A stretch of DNA of 63,975 nt, counting the filler, from Octopus bimaculoides (Eukaryota), in the NCBI RefSeq assembly GCF_001194135.2. It is 6 parts of 5 records of this genome, joined end to end, with 100 filler letters (N's around TTAATTAATTAA, not from the genome) between each part and the next. Parts side by side here need not be neighbours in the genome. Positions count along the whole stretch, not along the records: positions 12,478 to 40,159 come from NC_068981.1; 5 more parts are not named here. One strand, 5' to 3'. A program made the position numbers and the translations under genes. Position 1 is the stretch's first letter, and each line of letters starts with the position of its first letter. Of this stretch, positions 12,480 through 23,489 are shown piece after piece. The notes below the pieces were generated by a model. It saw only the letters and a program-made list of their open reading frames with translations, was not told where the DNA came from and did not search any database.

Positions 12480-12801
12480 TACACACGATTAAAGTGAAAG
12501 TATCTGTCATTACAGTATCGAAATGTGATTGTTTCAGTTAGTGGAATAGTTTCATTTTTAAAGTGAAAGTATTTGACATAAGTGTTTTTTGTTTCACTTT
12601 TGACACGTAATACTTAAATAGTGGAGATATGATGTTGCTGTGGGCTCGAACTATGCAAGAAGTTAAAATTTTTTTTTTACTAAAACACAACCGGAACCCT
12701 AAGGCATGTGTAAAATTTGAATGAAATTGGTTGTGTAGTTCTCGAGTTTTAGGGATTCACACACACACACACACACACATTCTCATTTTTATATATATAG
12801 A
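12480..12801 (-). mobile_element. Non-autonomous Helitron-like element, 5' part
   Basis: Minus strand A|TCTATATATATAAAAATGAGAA-(TG)n-AATCCCTAAAACTCGAGAACTACACAACCAATTTCATTCAAATTTTACAC: TC start followed by a microsatellite, typical of invertebrate Helitron-like repeats; runs into a gap. Confidence 0.6.
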
Positions 12802-12989
12802 TGATCATATTCCTAATGAAACATACTGCCTAAGTTTCAATTAATTTTCAAAATAAAGAATTAGAAAAGATTTAATAAATATTGAGTAACTTTGTGTCAT
12901 TCACTGGTTGTTGTTTAGCCCCAGGTAAGTTCTGATCCAGTCAGGCATATTATTGAAGTATTCAGTTTTATCTATCCTAGCTCCTATCA

Positions 12990-14280
12990 GTTATTGTATC
13001 ATTTTGAAAAATATTGTAGGATGTTGTTTAAGGAAGATTTGGTTTCTATTTCTGGCAGATCAAGCAATTGTGCAAAGGCTTCTTTCTTGATGGTTTTCTT
13101 TTCTCTTGTAAATAATAAGCCTATTTGCTCAGTGGTTTTGCTGTGTGAAAACCAGCTTAAAAAGCAAGTAAAGGCTGGTTTCAAAAGTGGTCTCTTATAA
13201 AATGGCGCACACAAGAGATGTCCTGTACAGCTTCTGTTCATAAAATTCTTGCTCAATCCAAAGTTTTAATAATGAGATGAAACCTGGAACCATGTGGGTG
13301 TGAAATAAACTTCTAAACCATATGACCATGCATACACATTTATAGGTAGGCATAATTGCACTTAATTCTTTACATACCTCTGAAGCCTGAAGCATATAGG
13401 AGATATTCCCATAAAAAGAACAGTAGTCTTTTGCAGGTAATATTTCTGACAGTGAAGGAGACAATGTGCATTAAAGTTTTCTATCTAGAAACAAGGAAAC
13501 ATCTGCAATTGATTTAAATTCCTAACCTTTGAATAGATAGTCCAGTACCTTATCCATCCTACTTATATCTTTGTTAATCATTACATCTTCTTTACCTCCT
13601 ATCTGTTGACTCATTGTTTTTAACAAAAAAAAAACTTGTTTTATTATGAACTTACATACTCTGGTACACATATCAGTCTCACCATCTTCATCCTTTTTGT
13701 CTGTTTTTCCATGATTGCATGGGTATTTTCAAGCAAAATCTTTTATCCACTGCCTTCACTTTGGTCTTCACCCTCCACAGAATTCTTCCACTTGGCACTT
13801 TTACCCAACTGTCATTTATGCTCAGTGTTTCTTTCAGCTTCTTTGTGTCATCTAGTTATAACAGAAGCTACCAAGTTCTTACAGGGAGCGTTCCAGCATC
13901 TGAAAGATTTCATGGGTATCACTGCTAACTACTCTTGTGCTACATATAAACTCCTTTGTCAGCCTCACTGTGATCTTAATGCATCTCACCTACCTAGTTT
14001 ACTTTGGTTACACTATAGAGATTTCCTACCCTCACCATTTCAACTTATTAATTAAAATTACTTTCCAGATTGTAGTAGAATCCTGTATTCTTTCTTGCTA
14101 AAACTTTTGTCTAAGCCAAGTTAACTTTTAGTCTACTTGATTCAGAGCATAGACAAGCTTGACCTTCTCAGTTATAGTTTGAAAAACTATAACAAACAGG
14201 AGCTCTGATGGATACCTAACTGCAAGCTAAATTCCTAAATGAAATCCTTGCTAATTCTCAACTTGCTGGTAGTTGCATGG
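12990..14280 (-). mobile_element. Possible very old LINE remnant
   Basis: Frameshifted AGF...TTEQIGLL..EK near 13100-13170 resembles the RT motif QAGFR..RST.EQI..L; otherwise weak. Confidence 0.3.
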
Positions 14281-14739
14281 CTCTTACATTATACCATATG
14301 GGTGGAGTATGCAAAACAGAAATTAAAATGTATCACTGATAATGACCTTGATTCACACAAACAAATTATTTCATAATGTAATCTTTAGCCAGATCCAGTT
14401 AAAGGATTATCTAATTTTTATGAAATTTTGTTATAAATATGTAAAAGATATTTATGATAGTCTGTGGTCCATTAATAAAAGCTATTATGTCCAATTAATG
14501 TTGAAATTATTTTATAAGGTATTGTTTTAACCCCACACTAAACGGAAGTTAACTCGTTTTTACGCAGTATTTTCTGAATACAGACTTTCACTCTCTTCAG
14601 ACATACTTTTCCTTATGACCTGAATTACTTTAATGTAAATCACCACTGTTATTTGCTTACCTGAGTCAGACTGATATAATATCTATTTTCTTTTTAAGTG
14701 TCAAGGTGTTCTTGTCAACCTACATTAGTGACGAACCAA

Positions 14740-14920
14740 CAAGGAAGCCTTTTAGGAAGTTGCTCGACCTGCTAGTAATAGCTGCCAAACTTCAATCAAT
14801 GTACACTTCACCATCTTTAAAAATGGTCACATTCGATACATTGTCAGTATAAAAGATAAGGCAAAGATGTCTAATGACGACAAGTCTGCTCAATTAGAAC
14901 TGATAAGGGTTAAACAACAA
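14740..14920 (+). mobile_element. Degenerate SINE family E (GCTCGACCTGCTAG.AATAGC.GCCAAA domain); other copies on minus at ~12905-12945, 36185-36250, 41290-41470, 48535-48720
   Basis: Shared domain and GGG.TAAACAAC tail seen by manual comparison. Confidence 0.6.
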
Positions 14921-15252
14921 CCTTCACATGTGACAACACAAGGCACACAGAGTAATAAACAAACATTACTACATATAATTCACCAAATTACTTTAATGTA
15001 TGGAAGTAAAATGTCCTGTACTGTTTATAAGTAATTTTGTAAATTGTTAATAAAAAATAATATTTTAATTATTATGACTGTTACTGACCTATATATTATT
15101 GCATGTCACCAACATATATTGCAGTGTAAACTTATCTGATGTGGACAAATGTAAACATCAGCATGGAGTGGACAGCTTTTAATCCACAATAAAATGACAG
15201 AATAATTGACATTAAATATTTTTGCTGACGATATTTACATTCATTATTAGAA

Positions 15253-15283
<31 letters not shown>

Positions 15284-15393
15284 TGTGTGTATGTCTATTC
15301 CAATGTTAAGAACTTTAGAAGACGGACTGTTCATATATTCTTAGAGAGAAATCATGATTTTGTTAAAAAAAATTAGAGACAATAAAGACTTAC

Positions 15394-15514
15394 CCATGCG
15401 TATATAAATATGTGCAGAAGCAACATTACTTCCATACATGAAGTCGTCTATCACAGATGTTTTCTCTGGGTCTTTCATTGAATTCATACTGAACGAGTTA
15501 ATCGGAACTGCCAT
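15394..15514 (-). CDS. TMBIM4: First coding exon of a TMBIM4 / GAAP / Protein lifeguard 4-like gene
   Basis: MAVPINSFSMNSMKDPEKTSVIDDFMYGSNVASAHIYIRM+G resembles the TMBIM4 N-terminus ([23 protein letters not shown]). aagATGg start after an in-frame stop; acceptor ttttccCAGCAG at 15538-15543; donor G|GTAAGT at 15393 (phase 1). Confidence 0.85.
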
Positions 15515-16237
15515 CTTGTTACACTAAAGCATATGATCTGCTGGGAAAACCCAAACAAACAAAATACGGAAGAAAAAATTGAAATCATTTAAAAAATAAA
15601 ACAAAAACATATTTATATATAACAGCAGTTTAAATATTCGATAAACTCAATCAAAAACGAAAAAGAAGCAAATAAAAATAATTATATATTTATCGTCCGT
15701 AAATCATCCAGGTTTCCGAATGCCAGCGTGTTAGGTGTGAATATCTAAGAAATTTTGTAACGAATTACATGGAGTATAAACAAACAAGTTTATTGTTCGT
15801 CTCTTTCTGAAATTCAACAAATAATTTAGATAACTAATTTTTACTAATAAAAATGAATAATATTATTCTTTAAATATAAGACTACACAGAGTATTTTCTT
15901 TAAAAAGAAAATATTTACATTTAACAAAAAAAAAGGTGTTGAATGACTGTTTATTTATGAAGGGCGATTACTGGGATTATTACAGAAATTGACAACGTAT
16001 ATTGTTTACAAAAATAAAATATTTAAAAAGGTCAGATTGAATGAGTTGTTCAAGCCAATACTTAGTTCAGTAAATAACAAGATACGCTTTCTTTCGTAAG
16101 TCAGGTGAAAACATTGTGTCATAGAAACTGCGTTTCATCTTAAAATTTTATTGACAACGAGTTGCTTCCCTGTAACCCAGTGACAGGTTAAAAATGCAGT
16201 ACATTGAAACTTCTAATGAACTAATTCTGCAACTCAC

Positions 16238-16350
16238 CTTTCTTGTTATAGCCGTTTCACTTTCGTTGTATTGCTAATTCTTTTATGGATGCACAAACTC
16301 TATAGCTTCCGTTCTCATAGTTTCTGAAATAATACTTCTGACTACAAGTG
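16238..16350 (-). other. Putative non-coding first exon of the TMBIM4-like gene
   Basis: Strong donor AAG|GTGAGT at 16237 in unique sequence ~700 bp upstream of the coding exon; 5' boundary unknown. Confidence 0.45.
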
Positions 16351-16550
16351 TAAAGAGTAAATTAATGTTGGAACGCTAAAAGGCGTATACAAGACAGTAG
16401 GTTAGTGTTGACATTATATACAAAATATTAAACGGCAAGCTAAAAATGAAGATGTGGTGTTAAATTTCTTGCAAGTAAGGGAAATAACTCCCAATAGATT
16501 ATCGTTTTTCTTATGAAAGTCAATAAAAATACAAGATGCGCCATTTGTGA
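16300..16550 (-). promoter_or_regulatory. Putative housekeeping-type promoter region
   Basis: ETS-like CGGAAG (~16306-16311, minus) and YY1-like AAATGGCG (16539-16546, minus); motif-only evidence. Confidence 0.3.
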
Positions 16551-16609
16551 ATTCAACTTTGAGTTATACAAAAGGAAGACGATCTAACAACCCCTGTTGT
16601 ACTCTGTCA

Positions 16610-16760
16610 CCCCAACTTTCTCTCACTCTTTCTTCCTGTTTCTTGAGTAAAGCTGCGATGGACTGGCGTCCCGTCCAGCTGGGGTGGGGGACACATACGC
16701 CTTAGAAACTGGGAAACCGGGCCCATGAGCCTGGCTAGGCTTTAAAAGGGCGCATAAATA
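16610..16760 (+). mobile_element. SINE 3' part with V-domain-like motif
   Basis: CTGCGATGGACTGGCGTCCCGTCCAG resembles the V-SINE central domain; ends in (TAAA)n. Confidence 0.6.
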
Positions 16761-16944
16761 AATAAAAATGAAAAAAGTGTCGAATATTGCTGATTGTAAT
16801 AGAGAGATCATTCTGCATTTTGTACATACACTATAACCACGGGCACCGTTTTCTAAAATAGTCATAGTATTGGTATCTTAAAAGTCATTAAGGATTGATC
16901 TTCATTCCTATATACATAGAATCACTTGACAGAGATGAGCTTTC

Positions 16945-18900
16945 AAGGATCTTTTTTGTACAGTTCAGTGAAAATAGAATCAGGATCAAAACCTTTGATT
17001 TCATGCATTCGGCAGATTGAGATTTCTGGCTCTTTTAGAGTTGCGGGTGCTGACATTCTTGTCGCTTGGGGGAGAGGGGAAATCAATATGACAGTCATCA
17101 TTAACAGTAGTGGTCTGTTCAGTTGGATGTTCAGTCCACTGGTTCGAGATTGCATCGTTATTTGTCAAAATACTCCCCATCTTCAGTTTTCACTGGCATC
17201 AGCAGCGTCTTGAGAGGTCCATAGATGGCATTCATGCATATGTTAGTCAGTATAACTTTGAATTTCAGTAACTTTGTATTGTTACTAGTCATTGTGAATT
17301 CTACAGATTTTGAACGTCTACCTCGGGACGCCGATAGCTGCCCTCTTTTATTTCGGATCGAAGATAATTTTTGTGGGGAAGTTGCACGGAGTTTTTTTTT
17401 CAAGATAAACTTGTACATTTCAGTGTTGTTCTCATTGAACCAACCTTGATATTTGAAGCTTGAAAATTCTACTTCTGATTCAACTGCACAAAGCAATGTG
17501 CTGTTCAAGCCAGATGACTGGAACTTCAAAGCAGATGAATCCCAGATACTGGTGCTTAAATTTTGACCTAAAATTTGTTGAAGATTTTGACGAATCCCAG
17601 AATCTTTTCGATGTTGTACTTTAAATTTCTTCAGCAATGATTCGTTGTTCATTCGTAGAAATGGTGTAACAAGTCGTTGGTCAGAGCAGCAGTCGCTAGT
17701 GGCTGTCATTACTTTGGCGATTTTGGCTTCGGGTTTAATACCTCTTTGCACAATGATATAGTCAATGAAATATTGGTGACAAGAATATATCTATGTTAGC
17801 TTGTTTTCAGACTTCAGTCTCAAGAGATTGCTGTTGATGGTTAAATTGTGTTCTGTTCATAATCTTTGGAGGAGTCTATCGCTAGAAGAATTAAAGTTTC
17901 CAATGTCTGGATTCTCCTCTTGTTGGAGTCCTTACTTAACTGAGCGTTGGAGATCCCACGAAAAAGAATCTGTCATTTGACGGTACAGTCATGGAAACAG
18001 GTGAAAGGGTGTCGTGGAAACTAGATCTGTGATTATCACTTGCACCGAGGGTTGGTATTTATACACTGATAACATTCAAATAAAGGTCTTTGGAAGATAT
18101 TCTAAACGAAATTATTCTTTCTGGATCTCAAGTCCAGATCGTTTATCAGCTTCGATTTTACAGCAAATCTTATACCATGGACAAGCCTTTTCTCTTTTGA
18201 AATTTCTCTATCCACTAGAAAGGCTTCTGCTGTGTGACATCCATCTATCTGTGGTTTCAGTAAGTGAACCGATGTTAGCATTGAACCTTGCTGGTGGTGG
18301 GACGAAAGGAGCATGTCAACATCCTTGTTTGATAATGTTTACTTTGTCTTAGAGAATCTAAATTTGATTTCTAGTCTACAGAAAATAATTGCCTAATCAA
18401 ATGAAGTAGAGATAAGCAGTCTTTAGATCACCTTGCCCAATGTGAAGAGAGAAGCACTTTCCCTTAACAGGGCAGCTCCACCACGAAAGCAGCTGCCGAA
18501 TTCAAATAATATCTCCAATTTCCAATAAAACCACCTTTACACATTCGCCACCGATGTACCTTGTTTGAACTTAAGATTTGCAAATATATCATTTCTGTCT
18601 CTGCCAACAATTGTGATCATCACTGAACTTTGATGGAAAAACTGAAATACAGGCACCATTGTTAATGAGTATGATCCAAATGAAGGAAGAGTCTTCAAAG
18701 AGTACCCTTCGTATAACTATACGGAGATAACGAGAGGTCTGTTCATTTGAAGAAAGATGATGATACTGTAGTTTGTCATGGTTCGCTTCGATTCCCTCTC
18801 TCAGTGGGTGAGGAACAACGGCAGCTTACGCCACCGCTTTGACAGTTGTAATTTTTCATGTTGTTGCGCTATTCAGGGGTTGCTGGTTTAGCTGATGATG
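16945..18900 (-). pseudogene. Decayed RTE-clade LINE: probable 5' UTR, APE endonuclease, start of RT
   Basis: Broken frames give NIGSLTET, EKRLVHGIRFAVKSKL, NVISV*IPTL, GISNAQLSKD (GDFNARVG), YFIDYIIVQ...DCCSDQRLV, IKGFDPDSIFTELYK. ORF 17158-17751 is part of this. Confidence 0.85.
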
Positions 18901-19054
18901 ACTCAGCCACAAAACAGTGTGTGCAGTTACATATGAACATGGACAAGGAGGATGAATATCCCAGACATCCGGAATATTAATCCTGCTGTGTCTATCTGCC
19001 TTCTCCACTCTCTGTCTCTATGTATGTATGTATGTATGTATGTATATATTGGGC

Positions 19055-19200
19055 GGATTTATTTAGCGATGGGCTCACAATCATGAGGTAGTGAGTTCGA
19101 TTCCCGGACCGCGCTGTGTCGTGTCCTTGAACAAGACACTTTATTTCAGTTTGCTCCAGTTTACTCTGTTGCGATGTCACTGATGTTGGGTTGTATTAGC
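19055..19200 (+). mobile_element. tRNA-derived SINE head
   Basis: GAGTTCGATTCCCGGACC...GTGTCCTTGAACAAGACACTTT. Confidence 0.7.
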
Positions 19201-19205
19201 CTTTC

Positions 19206-19254
<49 letters not shown>

Positions 19255-19716
19255 TTCTCTCCCTCTCCCACCCCCTCACACACACACACACACACACANN
19301 NNNNNNNNNNNNNNNNNNNNNNNNNNNNNNNNNNNNNNNNNNNNNNNNNNNNNNNNNNNNNNNNNNNNNNNNNNNNNNNNNNNNNNNNNNNNNNNNNNNN
19401 NNNNNNNNNNNNNNNNNNNNNNNNNNNNNNNNNNNNNNNNNNNNNNNNNNNNNNNNNNNNNNNNNNNNNNNNNNNNNNNNNNNNNNNNNNNNNNNNNNNN
19501 NNNNNNNNNNNNNNNNNNNNNNNNNNNNNNNNNNNNNNNNNNNNNNNNNNNNNNNNNNNNNNNNNNNNNNNNNNNNNNNNNNNNNNNNNNNNNNNNNNNN
19601 NNNNNNNNNNNNNNNNNNNNNNNNNNNNNNNNNNNNNNNNNNNNNNNNNNNNNNNNNNNNNACATAAATATGCACATACATACATAAATATATATATGTG
19701 TGTGTGCGTGTGTGTA

Positions 19717-19752
<36 letters not shown>

Positions 19753-19754
<2 letters not shown>

Positions 19755-19892
19755 CGACGGACTTCTTTCAGTTTCTGCCAACCAAATCCACTCACAAGGT
19801 TTTGGTCGGCCCGAGGCTATAGTAGAAGAGATTTGCTCAAGGTGCCCCGCAGTTGAATTGTACTCGGATCAAGCTTCTTACCACACAGCCAC
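19753..19892 (-). mobile_element. SINE family A 5' half, followed by a family B fragment at ~19912-20030
   Basis: Homology to 1366-1530 and to 9835-10221. Confidence 0.85.
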
Positions 19893-20355
19893 GCCGGAGC
19901 CTATCAGCTGAATTTACGTGTAAGTGGGTGAGCATTCCACAGACGCGTGTACTGTTAATGTAATTCTCAGGCAGAATCAACATGACACAATGTATTGTCA
20001 AGGCTGTACCTTTTGAGTTACAGGTATAATATATCCCACGGGCTTCCCTATGCAGCTTTTATCTACCCAATTTCACTCACATTGTATGGGTTGATCTTAG
20101 ATGCGAAACTCATGTGTACGTGTGTGAGTGAGCGAGTGTGCTTGTGTGTGTGTGTGTGTGTGTGTGTCGTTTGTGAGTGTGTGTGTGTGTGATCATTACT
20201 TTATTGCTAGTTTGTGCCGTCGGGTAACTGGTAATCTCTCTGTGAACTGACTCTGTGAACAGGAAGTATGTATACATTTCTATATTTAAGAGATGAGGAA
20301 TAATGTACATTATTTACATTATTTATATTTGACGGATATTTTTTCTCTTGTTGTT

Positions 20356-20401
20356 AACACAACGTTTCGGCTGATATACCCTCCACCCTTCATCTAGTGT
20401 C
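20356..20401 (-). ncRNA. Minimal type I hammerhead motif (degenerate core) within a Penelope-like repeat (~20270-20440)
   Basis: Minus strand GACAC-tagatga-a-GGgTG..CAGCC-GAAA-C-GU-U-GTGTT: stem I GACAC/GTGTT, palindromic ACGU stem III, core TAGATGA instead of CTGATGA. Confidence 0.6.
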
Positions 20402-21526
20402 TTGGGGAAATTTCGAACCTGGGTTCTCATTCCTAGGTAACGATACAACTTGTGTCCGATATATTGCAAGCAGGGGAGCGAACCCCTACCATCCTCTAGC
20501 GATCTGACAGGATCAGTAGACAAGCCAGTACTAGAAGTTTGTGTACATGAGTTCAATAGTTGTTGCATATAGAACTTTCAAAATCTGTCACCCATAGGAA
20601 AATTCATTTAAACATTGGTTGCGAAAAGCTTGGGAACCATTGTACAAATCACATTTGATTTCCCATATCACCTTTTATCAATCTAGAGATTTGTACTTAT
20701 GCTGGAAAGATAGATTTCAGTAACAAGTAGGAGTACTTAAAGTTTATACAATCCAGAATCTAGGGAGTCTATGCCTAGTTATGTCAGCCAAAGTAAAATT
20801 TAAAAATGGGCAAAACTGTGATTAAAAAACAACAATGAAACTAAATTACAAAGTGAATGTATTATGCATTGGGGGGAAAGAAATGGGTTTCAACGTTTTT
20901 ATCAGGAAATCATGTAAAATGATTTTTTTTCTAATCCCTTTTTTCATGTTGACAAATGGCTTCCTACTTGAAATGTTAACAGCTATTTTTTTACCGACAG
21001 CATATCTTGTAGTTTTGTTTTGCTGTTGCTTATTACAATGTTGCCGACACCAATTTTAACAAAGAAGTTATTAAACGCAGTTAAATGTATAAACAACATT
21101 CACCATTTCACTGTCATATGATTTATACTTGACTCTAGCGGTAGGCATTGAAGATATGTTTGTTGTGTATAAAACACTGGCAAAGCTAACTTTTTTTTTC
21201 ACCAAGCTTTATCCTTAGAAGATTTCAGTTGAACATTGCAAACTAACGAAAGACTGACAATAATTATAAAGTTCTCTTACTGGTGCAGCTAAATGATATC
21301 CTTCATGATATCTTTTAATATTTAAGTTAATATAAGCGTTAAGTATGCTTGCTTGGAGTAACAGCGCAGAAGCAGTTGGTCCGAAGATCTGTTACTCTCC
21401 ATTCGATTTGTTGCTGCTTTCATATTATATAGACTAATGATCTTGTTTACATCAGACTTGGTAAAGAGGTTGAAACTAGAATTATTCGGTTTTCAGTTAT
21501 TCAGATTCCCTTCATAGCCCAACCTA

Positions 21527-22792
21527 TCAGGTCATCCCCATAAGTTCTGTCCGAATTTTGAATAAAGAAAACACGTGATCAAATGTTATATTTAATTGAA
21601 ATTAAATCATCAATGTACTCTCCCTGATTATCTATGATTTCCTTCCATCTATTTACAAGCTTTTTAATCCCATCAATGTAAAACTCTTTTGGTTTCAAAG
21701 CGAAGAACTCTGAAATGTCAGTTTCGACCTCCTCCTGGCTTGCGAAAGTTATGTCCCTCAAATGATTCTGTAAACTACGAAACAAATGGTAGTCTGGAGG
21801 AGCAAGGTCGAGAGAGTAAGGTGGATGAGGAATTTTTTTCCCAACCAAGCTCTTCGATTTTCTGTGATGTGATCTTTGCAATGTAGGGTCGCGCATTGTC
21901 CTTTTCGATTCACTAAAGCGGGTCTTTTTTCTTCAAAGCTTGGTTCAAACGCTCTAATTGTTGACAGTAGACTTGAGCACTGATTGTTGCATTAGGTAGT
22001 AATAATTCAAAGTGAATTACTCCTTTGCAATCCAACCAGATAGAGAGAAGAACCTTTTTTCCATGAAGTTCCCTTCTCGGTTGTGGTTGAGCTTTTTCCC
22101 TTTTACCAAGCCACTGTTTACGACGTTTAACATTTTGATAGGCGATCCATTTTTCGTCACCGGTCACATGTCTATCCAAAAAGAGTGAAATAAGTTCGCG
22201 AGAATGGAGAGAAGAGCAGATGTCAATTCGGGATTTGTGGTTGCTTTCGGACAATTCATGAGGCACTCATTTTCCAAGTTTAGGAACATTTCCAAGTTGT
22301 TGAAGATCACGATGAACAGTTGTATGGTGTGAACTAAGCTTTATTGTCAATTCAACTGATAATGTAGGATTTTCTTCAAGTAATGCCTCAAGGAACTTAT
22401 CAAACTCAATTGGACATCCTGTTTGATCTTCATCTTCAAGGCTGAAATCTCCACTTCTGAATTTTGCAGACCATCTTCTGCAAGTTCTTTCATTTAAGCA
22501 TTCTTTCCCATAAACTGAGTGTATGTTTCGAGTCGCTTCAGCTTCAGAGTTTCCTTTTTTGTACTCATAAAACATTATGTGCCTTAAATGCTCTTTGAAT
22601 ATTTCCATGTTAGAAAGGGTTTTAATCGAAGAAATTTTAATTCTATTATTCTGTAAAATAATATTTAATTAGTTTAAATGTACACAAATGCATAAAAATA
22701 ATTTTTAATTCCATTAGACATTCTAAATTACTATTAAATATTATTCAATTTTAAAAAAGGTAAAATCGGACAGAATTTATGGCATGACCTGA
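21527..22792 (-). mobile_element. Near-full-length mariner (DD34D) transposon, inactivated
   Basis: TIRs TCAGGTCATCCCCATAAGTTCTGTCCGA / TCGGACAGAATTTATGGCATGACCTGA with TA on both sides. Transposase 22608->21579 contains (W>stop)VPHEL, VTGDEKW, DNARPY and HPPYSLDLAPPDYHLF; one nonsense codon plus frameshift/deletion near 21900. Confidence 0.97.
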
Positions 22793-23452
22793 TAGATTTA
22801 CTGTTTATTCTACACTGAAGAGACCAGAAGACGGGTCACACAGATACGACAAAATAAGTTCTAATGATTAGAGAGACCAACGAAATAAATTGTGCAGGTA
22901 TTTATTAATTGACAAATTCTTAATTAATTACCTTATTTAAATACAATTTATATATTTTATACAGATTAAAAATAAAAGTTCCCGGGGGATGATTTGACGT
23001 GATATCACGATTCTAATCAGTGACCCTGTTTTCGTACGCCATCTAGATTAATTTCTAGATTAATTTCATTCATTAATCATGAATGAAACTGATGTAATGT
23101 CCACAAGGTACAAAAAGAAAAAAAGAGGATATAAGCTAGGAAATACCTTTAAAAATAGGTTATGTTTAATCCGCTTAATCACATCGAGCAAGTGCGGATA
23201 TGTAGTGAAATTAACACAATTAATGCTTTACTTATTCTATTCCATGAATTTTGTAAATAATAGTTATCGTTGTTTATACGTTTTCAATGGTCCCATCACA
23301 GGTTCACGGCATTTCCGGTGGTGAGAATGACAAGGAAGTGTCTCTGAAACTCGGATGGAACAAATACACGAAGTAGTAGTCTTCAGGAATTTATCGGGAG
23401 TTTTCTCGCCAACACATCCATCCATACATCCATCCATCCATCCATCCATCCA

Positions 23453-23483
<31 letters not shown>

Positions 23484-23489
23484 CTTACA

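Noticed and set aside
14560-14630. Possible TMBIM4 exon 2 (cag|GTCATAAGGAAAAGTATG, superficially IRKV-like)
   Set aside because: The phase-1 frame reads GHKEKYV* and no frame gives the hydrophobic TM1.
15723-15737. 15-mer CCAGCGTGTTAGGTG shared with 55457-55471
   Set aside because: Flanks do not align; chance or a tiny repeat relic.
17158-17751. 197-aa ORF as a host gene
   Set aside because: It is part of a frameshifted RTE endonuclease/linker region.
21356-21397. GAGTAACAG/CTGTTACTC hairpin as a pre-miRNA
   Set aside because: The stem is about 9-11 bp with a 24-nt loop, too short for a miRNA precursor.
22812-22850. CTGAAGA-GACC...GGTC hammerhead-like start
   Set aside because: No GAAA, stem III or cleavage triplet follows; at most a relic.
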